The position numbers and the translations under genes were made by a program. A model generated the notes under the pieces. The model saw only the letters and a program-made list of their open reading frames with translations, made no database searches and had not been told where the DNA came from. Source: Octopus vulgaris (lineage: Eukaryota). From it: 64,000 nucleotides of DNA. How positions within the stretch are numbered: the stretch's first letter is position 1; the number at the start of each line of letters is the position of its first letter. The DNA lies in the NCBI GenBank assembly GCA_951406725.2, contig OX597842.1:15748001-15812000 (forward strand). The letters are read 5' to 3'. This document shows, piece by piece, positions 43,780 to 55,572 of this stretch.

Positions 43780-45120
43780 CGAATGGCCAGAAGCAAAATA
43801 GTCACCTTCCTTGAGGAAAATGACTTGCTGGCTGACACCCAACATGGTTTCCCACCAGTAAGAAGCTGCCTGACTCAGCTCTTACAAGATTATGACTGGG
43901 TACTGAAACAGCTGCTCAACCACTCAAATGTGGAAGTCATATATCTGGACTTTGCAAAGGCCTTTGATAAAGTTGATCATGGAATGAAATGTCACAAACA
44001 GCGTGATCTCGGCATAGTCGGAAAATTGAGAGAATGGCCGAATGACTTTCTGAAGGATAGAATTCAGGTGGTAGTAGCCAATGGGGCCACCTCCAATGAC
44101 ATGCAAATAGTGAGTGGTGTTCAACAAGGCACTGTTTTGGGGCCACTACTGTTCATAATGGCCATCTCAGATATGCCCTCAGCCACGCTGAGAGCTACAA
44201 TCACAAGTTATGCAGATGATACAAAAGTCTTACAGGTGATACAGAACCTTGAAGACACTTTGCACCTGCAACACGAGAAGGATGAAAGGATAGCATGCGG
44301 TTTAATGCTGAATAGTTTCAAGACTTTTTCTATCAGCATGCAAAACTATATGCAATACCCAATAAATACACTGGACTTGGAGGGATTGCAATCCTAGAGA
44401 CACAGTCAGTGCGAGACCTGGGTATTTACATGAGTAATGATGCATCTTACCATGTTCATGTTGCTAAGTTGGCAATGAAACGCAGGTGACTGACTGGATG
44501 GATTCTTAGAACTTTTCGAACAAGAGACCAGGAAAACATTATGTTCCTCTGGAGGGCACTTGTCCTAAACCACTTTGACTATTGCTCTCAGCTATGGTTA
44601 CCAACCATTGTCACATTAATTTCAGGACTTGAGGTCATCCAACAAAGCTACACGAAGCTACCCTTTATGCAGCATATACGTTACTGGGAAAGACTCAAGA
44701 GATTAAGACTCAATTCCTTAGAGCGTAGGCGAGAAAGATATGTCATAATACACATCTGGAAGACATGTCCCAAACTTTAGCATCGAGAGTTACACAAATA
44801 CTAGAACAGAGCGCCTCTGCAACAGCCTGGGATTCAGGGGACCACATCTCTTCAATATCCTCCCGAATGACCAGAGAGACCTGCATGGGGTGGATGTAGG
44901 TATCTGCAAAATGAAACTGGACCTCTTACTGTCAAGTGTTCCTGATAAACCAACTTCATAGTAGGAGGTGCAGATGAGGGCTGCGGCATTAAACTCCCTC
45001 ACGCACCAAATGTCACTTTCTAAAAGAATTAGTGAAGTAAAATTACGTAGCAACACCATTTGGCGGTGCCACAACATGGCAACAACACATGAGCTGAAAC
45101 TAAATCAAATCTAATCAATT
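43780..45120 (+). mobile_element. CR1/Jockey-like LINE RT and 3' end
   Basis: QHGF..RSCLTQL, YLDFAKAFDKVDH, SGVQQGTVLGPLLF, YADDTK, DYCSQLW, LERRRER; (AAATC)-like tail at about 45100-45120. Confidence 0.92.
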
Positions 45121-45849
45121 CTGTACTAATTTTGATAACAAATAGTTCGTTTTAAAACTAATAATTTCTATTAATAACTGCTTATCATTTTCTGAAATAA
45201 ATTTGATGTAATTTAAATATTTTGTTGTATTTAAGTTCAGATCAACCAACTTTATTCACTCCAATCACAAAAGAATCCAATAACGAGTGGATAATGCTTA
45301 GGAGTCTTCCTCTCTTGTTTCGCTAAATTTTGCACGGCGGAGCTTCCTGCAACGTCTCATAAATTTTATTTATTTAATCTGAGTACATGATGCAAAAACT
45401 CGATATTTCATTGCAAATTAGAATGGAATAAAAGTCGTGCAGTTTAAAGGATAATATTGTAGGGGAAAATAGTACTTTTCCATTATCAGAAGTTATCTGA
45501 ATAGAGGGAGACACTGTGGATTTCCACAATCACATGGAATTAAAAAAACAAATGTGTAATTATTTTAATATGACAGGATTTTTAGCACAGTTATCATTAC
45601 ATATTTAAATTTTGGATTTATTTTGATATGGAAAATCATAAAGTTTTATTTTTCACTGAAAAACTAACTGCAGTACTAAGTAAATAATGATAATCCTAAG
45701 GCTAGAATATAAATCAAAAGTAGTTCTTAAATGCTCACCCAACCACCTGTTTCTTTATGCAACCACCCCGACTCTGGAATGGCCTGTCTTAAACCACAAC
45801 AATACAAAGTGAAATATTCATATAGACACTATTACTATATGATACACAA

Positions 45850-46262
45850 GGCGGTGAACTGGCAGACACGTTAGCACGCCGGGTGAAATGCGTAGCCGTA
45901 TTTCGTCTGCCGTTACGTTCTGAGATCAAATTCTGCCGAGGTCGACTTTGCCTTTCATCCTTTCGGGGTCGATAAATTAAGTACCATTTACGTACTGGGG
46001 TCGATGTAATCGACTTAATCCATTTGTCTGTCCTTGTTTATCCTCTCTGTGTTTAGCCCCTTATGGGTAGTACAGAAATAGGTAGTTCGTCTGCCGTTAC
46101 GTTCTGAGTTCCAATTCCGCCAAGGTCGAGTTTGCCTGTCATCCTTTAGGGGTCGATAAATAAAGTACCAGTTTCACACTGGGGTTGATGTAATCGACTT
46201 AATCCCTTTGCCTGTTCTTGTTTGTCCCCTCTATGTTTAGCCCCTTGTGGGCAATAAAGAAA
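45850..46262 (+). mobile_element. Dimeric tRNA-derived SINE (second family)
   Basis: GGCGGTGAACTGGCAGA head; conserved gcctttcatcctttcggggtcgataaa..aagtacca domain present twice. Confidence 0.85.
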
Positions 46263-46722
46263 TATATCGCTATATGATACACAAAGAGGAAGGACATTAA
46301 TATTTCTGTACCAGATATTCTACTCTTAGCTATAAATTAAGGCAAGTAACTGTCAATATACCAGAGGATATTAAAACTGCTTTTATAACAATGGGAGTGT
46401 TTAGGGAGGTGATTAGATATACAGCAACAACAACAAGTGGACATTTCAAAGTTTATCTCTATTTCAAACATTAATCTCTAGCAAGAAAGTCAAATCATTC
46501 AGGGAGTTTTTCTGTGATCTATAGACGTGCTACAATTAGTAGCTGAATCCTCTTCGATTCGCAATTTATCACCTTAAACAAGGACACATTGGACAATGTG
46601 CGTATGGGTTGTTAATAATTAGGATAAGGATAGGATGGTCCTGGATGGAAGGCATTTGATCATGGGTATCTGTTGGCGAAGCTAGACCTTGGACTTAAGA
46701 AGATCAGCAACTACACAGAGAT

Positions 46723-46928
46723 TCAGTTTTTGTCCAGCGATAGACATTCAAGGGCATTATAACATTCAGCTTCTTCAAGAGCTGCTTTTATTGTTTCAGC
46801 TGTACGTCTCTTTGGATCACAACTTGTGAACCATTTGTACATCATCTGATAGCTCTGTTCTACAATGTCATTACTATTGTCACGCTTGATAATTTCCAGC
46901 TCAGAAGTTTTAATATCCAAGAAAATAC
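46723..46928 (-). CDS. Last exon: death-domain C-terminal part of the ankyrin-RING-death-domain gene
   Basis: ttttgcag acceptor; (G)IFLDIKTSELEIIKRDNSNDIVEQSYQMMYKWFTSCDPKRRTAETIKAALEEAECYNALECLSLDKN*; phase matches the previous exon. Confidence 0.9.
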
Positions 46929-47179
46929 CTGCAAAAGATATAAGAATAAGAAATAATTGCAACAACATTAACAATTATATGAAAGACGTGTACTGTAGGT
47001 TGTTATAAATATAACAAAGAAACTACATATGAGACTTAAAGAAATAGTTAAGAAACATGAAAAATATAAGACTTTGTTTACTATTTCTAAGGATGTTGAC
47101 AACAATAAGAGAAGTTGAAATAAAGGCTGAAGACTGAGAAACAAATTTCAAAGATTGAATAAAAATTACACTTGAGAAT

Positions 47180-48520
47180 ATTTATGGTGAATAAATTGCA
47201 GGAGAAGTGTTTGTGAAGGCAAACGTGTATCAGAGCCTAAAGAATCAACATAAACCACCAACAATCGATTTGATCTCCTCATTCATTTTCTCAGCTCAAT
47301 ATTCCTGGCGGGGTCCTGACGATATTCCCTCAAGTACTTCCTCCATAAAGTTCTATCAGAAGCAATCGTCATTAGACTTTTTGGTTGGCTTCCCTAGCAT
47401 AAACGGCTAAGTCGATGGATATAATCCGACCATCTCATTACTGGTCTAACCCTGGGGTCCATCTCTGTTGGCACAGTTTGAGGAATCTTTCCTCTGACAT
47501 TCTCATCACATCTCAGTAATACTGGAGCTGTGACCTCTCAATGCAGAGAAGTAGCAGTTTAACATGACCAATGCTTAAATAGTCTGGTGTGATGCCTTAC
47601 CTTCTTTGGATTATTAATATAATATTGTCAGGAACATCTCATATATTATAGAAGAAGTATTCTGTCTGGATGACGCATAATAATAATAATTTATTTCACT
47701 GGATCAAGGCCATCAATTTAGAGAGCAGCTGATTATGGAAAGTTCTTAATGTAAATATACGAAGAGTTTTAGTTCGCAGGAAAGAAGACTCACGAACATC
47801 TACAGGTGAGTGAAGTGTGATCCTCAACTAGATGAACACTGATACCTTATTAAATAATTTAGAAGGTGTAATAGTGTTGACAGTCCACATACAGATAATG
47901 GAGGCTTAGAACTGACGAATTGATCCTTGAGGCTTTTATGTTGATAAAGTAGATCGTGATGAATGAAAACATCTTCATCGACATTTTCAAAGAAAGATAG
48001 TTTGACAGTGTAAGTATTGTCTGGAAGACACAAACTAACCCTAACTCGTCCAATTTTGGTACCTTCTAATATGGAGACATCATTTTTAAGTTAAAATTTT
48101 AAGCCTAAGCAACAATAGCACATTTCCTTTTTCTGGAGCTAGACTCGACTCTTTTCACCGAAAGAAGAAAGATATTGAGGAAACAGTAGTTGGGGCCATG
48201 GTGAAACTTCACTATTTCTTGTCGAAACCAATGCTTCTGGTTTTGCAATGGCTGCAACAGTAAATCGGGGAAGAATATCTATTGCTTTTTTTCTCTCACG
48301 TGTCTTGAAGGATCCTGAGTTGAAACATCCTTCCGTTGAAAAAGAAACTTCCTTAATCATAGAGTCTATACACTATTAGAAGCATATGAGTTGGAATTCC
48401 TTGCATCTTACACAATGATCCTAACAATGGTCGTTTCAAGAAGAATCGAACTCAAAGTCTTTTGCTGGAATAAACGAGACTTATTCTGGTTGTTAACTTC
48501 CTTACAGATACCAAGCACCA
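47180..48520 (-). mobile_element. Highly decayed retroelement (LINE/PLE-like) remnants in the last intron
   Basis: Coding-like composition with fragments such as (L)DVRESSF and LEKDSL-like stretches; no intact motif. Confidence 0.3.
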
Positions 48521-48597
48521 AAATTTAGTAAAAATATAAGACGCAGAAAGACATTGTAATTAACCCACCTGTTTATCCTTAAACAACATTGTGTTTT

Positions 48598-48766
48598 ACA
48601 GTTCTATATTTAAGAGATGAGGAATTATTTACATTTGATGGATATTTCTCCTCATCTTGTTTGTTGTTAACACGCTCCAGCTGATATACCCTCCAGTCTT
48701 CTTCAGATGTCTTGGGGAAATTTCGAACTTGGGTTCTCATTCCTAAGGTATTTTTTTATGTTGTTG

Positions 48767-48800
<34 letters not shown>

Positions 48801-48860
48801 AGTAACTGCCTGGAATTGAACTCGGAGTTATGGGGTTAGTAGCCCATTACACCATATGCA
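48598..48860 (-). mobile_element. tRNA-headed PLE-type short element (degenerate copy)
   Basis: Homologous to 49679-50000; flanked by TGTGTTTT at 48590-48597 and 48861-48868. Confidence 0.75.
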
Positions 48861-49065
48861 TGTGTTTTGCTAATTTATCCATTTTATCAGACATTCTAAC
48901 CTCAATTTTATTGAATTTTATTTATAGCTTTAATATAATTCCTTCACAGTTAACATTTCGAATGGAAATTAAGAATGGAATCTGTTCTCAGTCATTCTGA
49001 CATTCAAAAGCTCAGCTGATGGTAAAATTTACAGAAATCAATAAGTATTGTTATTTTATACTCAC

Positions 49066-49137
49066 CAACTTTCCACCATTCACCACCTAACCGAAGTGCC
49101 ACTTTCAGGAGATCCTTCTCTTCCAGTTTTTGAGAAT
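49066..49137 (-). CDS. 72-nt exon: death-domain N-terminal helices
   Basis: tttcag|..|gtgagt; (D)SQKLEEKDLLKVALRLGGEWWKV(G) matches the death-domain L..VA..LG.EW..LG pattern. Confidence 0.9.
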
Positions 49138-49678
49138 CTGAAATAAATACCTGCATGGTTTACATTTTATAGTAATTTTTTTTAATGTTTATTAATAAAA
49201 TAATAAGCACCATCCGAAAATGGCCGATACTGGTGCCGCCTTGACTGGGTTCTGTGCTGGTGGCACGTAAAAAGCACCAACTGATTGTGGCCGTTGCCAG
49301 CCTCCCATGGCATCTGTACCGGTGCACATAAAAAGCACCCACTACACTCCCGGAGTGGTTGGCGTTAGGAGGGGTATCCAGCTGTAGATACACTGCCAGA
49401 TCAGACTGGGGCCTAGTGCAGCCTCCTGGCTTCCCAGACCCCGGTCGGACCGTCCAACCCATGCTAGCATGGAAAGCGGACGTTAAACGAACGAACGATG
49501 ATTGCAACACACACCTGCTTAAACAACAACCAATCAACAAAAATGCAAAACAAAGAATAACAGTCATTAATTCACCTGTTCAAACTTAAACAACAGCATA
49601 TTTTACTCTTGTCTTCCAAAAGACAATATTAACTCTATTGTATCTTCTAATTTATCCATTTTAAACAACTGTGCTAAC

Positions 49679-50000
49679 TTTATTTACATTCGACGGATAT
49701 TTGTTCTCATCTTGTTTGTTGTTAACATGTTTCGGCCTAATGACCCTCCAGCCTTCTTCAGGTGACTTGGGGAAATTTCGAACCTGAGTTCTCATTCATA
49801 AGGTGGTGGTTGATGTTGTTCAGGTCACTGCTTGGAATCGAACTCAGAATATTCGGGTTAGTAGCCCTCGCTCTTAACCACTACGCCATATGCCCGTGGG
49901 CATATCTGCCGAAACGTTGTGTTAACAACAAACAAGTTGAGGACAAATATCCGTCAAGTGTAAATAATGTACATAATTCCTCATCTCTTAAATATAGAAC
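49679..50000 (-). mobile_element. tRNA-headed, hammerhead-bearing short element with inverted end and 8-bp TSD
   Basis: TSD GTGCTAAC at 49671-49678 and 50001-50008; A box 49878-49888, B box 49834-49844; CTGAAGA..GAAAC on the minus strand at 49761-49729; 49905-50000 is an inverted copy of the tail. Confidence 0.8.
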
Positions 50001-50173
50001 GTGCTAACGCTGTTCATGAAGTTTCAGTAATATCGTGAATAGAATTATTTTTCGGTTAACCATTCAATTTGAATGTAGGAATGGAACTGTTCTCAATCAT
50101 TATGATATTCAAAAAGGATGAGGTGATGGTAAAATTCATAGAAATCAAGGAGGTGTTGTTATTTGATACTCAC

Positions 50174-50224
50174 CACCTGGCTCTGTCTCTGTCTGGACTT
50201 CCTTCTCCTCAAACTTTGAACTCA
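50174..50224 (-). CDS. 51-nt phase-1/1 exon (V)SSKFEEKEVQTETEPG
   Basis: tttcag|..|gtgagt, open frame, paralogous to 50889-50939 and 55522-55572. Confidence 0.85.
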
Positions 50225-50550
50225 CTGAAATAAACACTTCAAAGTTTTACACATTGTTCTATGATTGCCTTATCTTTATTAACAATCTGTATTTCATTAT
50301 TGGGAGTACAATGACACACTGCCTGCGAGGTCAATACCAAATATCTGTATAGCGTCTGATTAATGAACATGCAAACTTCATTACAATGAATATGATTGTC
50401 TCTCAGCAATGGTCGACTATGCTTTTGGTCAATATTTTTTGTACTTTTTACTCACCTTTTTAGTTCCTGCTCCAAAAGACAATATTATCTCTAGTGCGTC
50501 TTCTAATTTATCGATTTTATGACATTTCAGTAATATCTTTAATAGAATTA

Positions 50551-50750
50551 CGGAGATGTACTGGCATAGCAAGTGACCTGATCAGAGATCGTGTGCTGGA
50601 ACGAAAACAATTGCAGCATGGAAGGTGTTTATAAGCCATTTAAGAAACACAAAAACCGTTAGATTCACTTCAACATTTAAATTCAATTTGTCAAAATATT
50701 TTCCTCGCTTTGAGACTGTGACCTGTTCACTGACACAACTCTGTGCTGCA
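50551..50750. mobile_element. 200-bp insertion with 13-bp TSD
   Basis: TTTAATAGAATTA at 50538-50550 and 50751-50763; absent from the paralogous intron units. Confidence 0.8.
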
Positions 50751-50888
50751 TTTAATAGAATTATTTTAGTTAACCTTTCAAATAGAAATTATGAACGGAA
50801 TCTATTCTCAGTCATTCTGACAAATAAAATGGCTGCGGTGAAAGTAAAAGTTATAGAAAGCAATTCGGTACTATCATTTTATACTCAC

Positions 50889-50939
50889 CAAATGGTTCTG
50901 TCACTGTCTGGACCCCCTTCTGTTTAAACTTTGGACTCT
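50889..50939 (-). CDS. 51-nt phase-1/1 exon (E)SPKFKQKGVQTVTEPF
   Basis: tttcag|..|gtgagt, open frame. Confidence 0.85.
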
Positions 50940-52249
50940 CTGAAACAAGACAAATATTTTCAAGCTTTAAATTAAAATGTTTCTTATTTGAGTCAATATA
51001 ACAAATTTTTTACTTTTTTTTTGTCTTTGGTCGGGAAGTGTTATTTCTTATTTGCCTCAAATTAGAAATCAAAGGAAATGGCTACTGTTCCTTTCAAACT
51101 TTGTCTTTCTGACCGGGGACGTTTTCAAACTGACCAATTTACCATTACATCTGAGACAGAAATATCCTTGTGTTCTGCTCTATACCACAAATCTGTTTAT
51201 CAATTGCCTGACGTTAACCACTTGAACGTGTCCCTTAATGGCTGACAATATGTGCATCTCTGATCATGAGCAGGAGTAGTGAGGGAGCATCAGAGATATG
51301 TGCTAAGAGGGGATTTGGGGATTTTTAAAAAATAAATATAACAAAAGCAAACTTTGAAGGAAATATTCGCCATTTTGCATAGATTCTCAGGTTAAGCAAA
51401 CAGGAAATAACAGTTACTAGCCAAGGATAAATGTCGTGTTACACAGGGTAACTAGTATTTCATTATTGTGAAACTTTCTTATCATCAATGGTTAAAGGCT
51501 GGTATTGTGTAACAGCCCAGCATTTAGATCCACGACAAAGTAGACTAACCTTCCTAAACCTCCCCACTTTAGTCCCTTAGTTTTGTATTTTCTTATATCT
51601 GTGACACATCTATGACTTGTCATTGTCCTGTCTACTCTATACTTTACTAACAAACATTCCCCTCCTCTTCAGCTTAATTCCACCGTCAACTGAGTCAGTC
51701 ATTGAGGATCGAGCCAAATATACGATACACCACATCAGGTAGGATAAACACACACTTGCTCTCTTTGTTAGACGTTGCTGCTGGTAACCTTTAATTTGAA
51801 CTTCCTGCATCACAGTTCACCAGAATATTATCTGAGTCAAGAAACATTTGAACACTCCTTAATAAAGAAGTTTTCTCTCCAGGTGAGCAATGATTAGATT
51901 TATACAGATGGAACAGCAGAAAGTGGTTTCAGGTGTCCTAAAACACTGTACACTTGTACAAAACATCATTAACTACACATAACTGTTCATCAACCCCATA
52001 TTGCAATGAACATATCTGAAATGGTACGTAATAAATGATACTAAAGTATAAAGGTTATTTCTGTCAAACCTCATTTAGAAATTAATCAAATTTTGCGACC
52101 CTTTTGAGGTCCCTTTATCAATGACGTATACTTCAATAAGGTGGAAACCTACTTACCAGAAAATTTGAGGATATAGTTGCTAGAATAAAAATTGGCTGGG
52201 TAAAGTTCAGAGATATTATTTTTGTTGGTAACAAAGGGCCTCTCCCTAA

Positions 52250-52660
52250 GAGTGGAAAGCAGATTGGATGAAAGATAGGCTGTGGACATAAAAGACATGC
52301 AAAGGGTTGGAGACAAATGAAGCCAACATGCTCCACTGGATGTACAACATCAGTGTTCAGGTAAGTCACAGTGGAAATATCTTAAGAGAAAATCTAGGTA
52401 TAAGAGTCATCCGATGTAGAGTTCAAAAGAGCGATCTTTTATAGTATGGTCATGTGATGCATATGGATGAGGTGATCAGCATAAAGAGATGCGGATCTAT
52501 AAATGTGGAGAGAACCTCAGGAGGACATGGGACAAATTGGTAAGAAATGATCTTCAGATGTTGGGCCTCACACGGGAGGTGATTAAAACGACTGAGACAA
52601 TCAGTAATTTGCTGTGCATGGAAAGACCCACCTGGCTAAGTAAAGCTGAGGCCATAAAGG
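52250..52660 (+). mobile_element. RTE-like LINE 3' fragment
   Basis: YGHVMHMDE-like segment and LRRTWDKLVRNDLQMLGLT. Confidence 0.65.
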
Positions 52661-53064
52661 TATGTCCTTCATGTGCATACCACCCGTCTTAAAACAAACC
52701 ATCCGTCATACACCTAACAAACATTCCACGCTTCCCATCCTTCCAACACGCCTTTCCCCAACAAGATCCCCACCGGCTGCATACTTCCCCATGTACCTAT
52801 CTGCATATATCTCTCGTTTGAATCTCTTCTCCTCAGCGTATCCTCTCAATACCCCAACCCTCTAGAATTCAATAGAAGGTAACAAGGTGTACAATGTTAG
52901 GTTAGGATACAAGGTGATGCTATCACAAAATAAGGTTAATATTTCTGACATACAAGGTAAAGAAAATTAATCAATGATAGCTAATTAATTATCGTGTTAA
53001 TGGTGTATATAGGCAGTTCAATGACACATACCCGAGAGTGCAATACTAAATATCTGTGTAGCTT

Positions 53065-53455
53065 ATATATAAACAATCTATATAAACAATAACTCTGAGC
53101 ACATTTTCAAACTCCACCCGTCTAACACCCGAGGACATATTTACAAAGTCAGAAAACAGTACAGCTCCCATGACTTTCGGAAACATTTTTTCACGCTAAG
53201 AGTTGCTGAAGCATGGAACAAACTGCTGTTATCAGTTGTTAGTTGTCGGAGCACTGCATCCTTCAAAACATCCATGCTTCCCGAGATTCGCCAACACTAC
53301 ACCTGATTCTCCCCTCCATACACACGCAAACATGTATCTGACTCATACATTGTTCGCTTTCCAGACATTTGTACATTACTGCATATGCTTTATACGCACT
53401 TTTGACAAGTTGTGGTGCACCTGAGCACTGTATACAATAATTTCATTATTATTAT
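53065..53455 (+). mobile_element. CR1/L2-like LINE 3' end with (ATT)n tail
   Basis: TRGHIYK..FRKHFFTLRVAEAWNKL motif; matches 22665-23010. Confidence 0.8.
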
Positions 53456-53907
53456 TTTTTAATGAACATGTGACCTTCCTTATAACGAATATGATTGTGT
53501 CTCGGCACATTTGATATTATGGGAGTTCCACGAGCAACAAAAGAAAAATATTACCATATAGAGTGTCAAACACTTATAATTTATTATCCTCGTTAAATAA
53601 CAACGACCATGTTTCATGATCTAATCTGAACATAAGAATAAAGTCAGAACTAAAACCAAAATGTGAAAGGCTCAGAAAACTGTGCCTCTGTTAGCATCAA
53701 TATCATCTAAAAACCAACAAATGTGAGTAACAGAATGTATAAATGGATGGTAAATGTTATCTAGACAATGTAGTAAATGTGTATTATATGCAGTTACCGA
53801 CAAGGAATTGTGTGTTCTAGTCAAACTGGGAACCCATATTCTATTCCTATCTGTATATTTTATGTTCATACCAAAAGGTATTAACATAAAACATACAGAT
53901 AGGAATA

Positions 53908-54072
53908 GGCACATGAGTGGCTGTGTGGTAAGAAGCTTGATTCCCAAACATATGGTTCCAGGTTCAGTCCCACTTCATGGTATTTTGGGCAAGTGTCTTC
54001 CACTATAGCCTCGAGCCGAGCAAAGCCTTTTGAGTGGACTTGGTAGATGGAAACTGAAAGAAGCCTGTTGTA
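53908..54072 (+). mobile_element. 5' half of a tRNA-derived SINE
   Basis: gagtggctgtgtggtaag..ggttcagtccc..ttgggcaagtgtcttc. Confidence 0.8.
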
Positions 54073-54080
54073 TATGTACA

Positions 54081-55050
54081 TCTATATATATAAAACTGAG
54101 AATGTATATGTATGGTTGTCTGTGTGTGTGAATCCCTAAAACTAAAGAAGTACCCTGCCAATTTCATTCAAATTTTACACATGCCTTACTTAGGGTCCAT
54201 GGAGTGTCATGGGCGAAAAAAAGTCTTCAACTTCTTGCCTAATGGGGGCCCAAGGGCGGATAAACCGCATTTCAAAGCATTTTGGGCAGCGTTAAAGCCC
54301 GTAACTTGAAGAGCATGCAGCCACTTTTCTCCAAATTTGCAACAAACATTAATCAGGCCCCTCGAAATGCTGTTGGCAAAAAACAATTTCAGAAGCCGAC
54401 TATGAGTCCTCTACAAAATGCAGATTAATCAGATTTGAGTATACTACACTGGGTTTTATTGTGGTTTTGGGCCATTTTCCGCCGATAAAATATTGACAGT
54501 ATTTATGCATTATAAGTAGCGTATAATATTTTATGAAAAGCTTTTTGTCCAATTTGGCAGAGAAAACGGGAAGAACATTAAAATTTTTGATGCTGCTTGT
54601 TATCCCCGCACCACCGGGTCATGTACATGTGTGTCTGAGCGGCCAGGTAAATGCACGTATGAGTATGTGTGTGTACTTGTGTGTGCATGGTTCGGTAAAG
54701 GCACAACAAACTCCAGAAGTGCCCTTTTGATGTTTCACGTTTCCAATCCCATGCAGTGCAGCATGGCCCAATAGCATGTCTGCTTTCTATGTCATCCATA
54801 TCTGAACTATACAATGCAAAATGTTCATACGAGAAAATAAACTGTTGTGACTTACAGTCATTCGAGTTTGACTGCGTGACCATTTCCGGAAGCTACGCTT
54901 GTCACCTACAATTAATCCACCTTGTGCCCCCCCCCCCGTTTAGTTGGACGAGTAAATAAGGAATTAATTATGAATTGAGTGAAATTAGACACATTTTTAA
55001 AACTCACTTCTATTTATGTTTATTATGTTTAAAATGTGTTAAAAGTGTAC
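54081..55050 (+). mobile_element. Possible non-autonomous Helitron
   Basis: Starts TCTATATATATAAAA followed by tgtctgtgtgtg (Helitron-like 5' end); 3' boundary uncertain. Confidence 0.4.
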
Positions 55051-55521
55051 AAATTTTGAATGTTGTTTATAATTTTGTTTTCATTCCTGTTGGACCCCAC
55101 AATTCTCAATTTGGCGGCAATCTTTTTCTTTACCTTCATTTCCAAGATTAAGCAACATATTACAACATACATCTGGCTGCATAACAGCAACAACAACAAT
55201 AACTTATCAGAAAACTTACAAAAGATCTTTATAGAAAAACAAACAACTTTCTTATTAACTCACACGTTTACACCTCAACAAAAATAGATTTTAGTTCCCT
55301 CTTCCAAAAGACAATATTGAATCTAATTTATCCATTTTACCAACCATGTTAACCTTGACTTTATAAACTTTCAGTAACATTTTTGATACAGTTACTTTAC
55401 ATCTAACCTTTCAAATGGAAATTAGAATTGGGATTTGTTCTCCACCATTCTAATAAGCAAAACAGCTCAGGTGAATGTAAAATGTATAGAAATCAATTAA
55501 GAGTTGTTATTTCATACTCAC

Positions 55522-55572
55522 CAACTGTCTTTGTCACAGTCCGCACTTCCTTCGTTTCAACCTTTGCAGTCT
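55522..55572 (-). CDS. 51-nt phase-1/1 exon (E)TAKVETKEVRTVTKTV
   Basis: tttcag|..|gtgagt, open frame. Confidence 0.82.

Noticed and set aside
46929-46974. Signal-peptide-like N-terminus of ORF 46723-46974
   Set aside because: Intronic polypyrimidine tract upstream of the acceptor at 46929
49820-49900. tRNA gene
   Set aside because: Acceptor and T stems do not pair properly; it is the head of a repeat with a TSD
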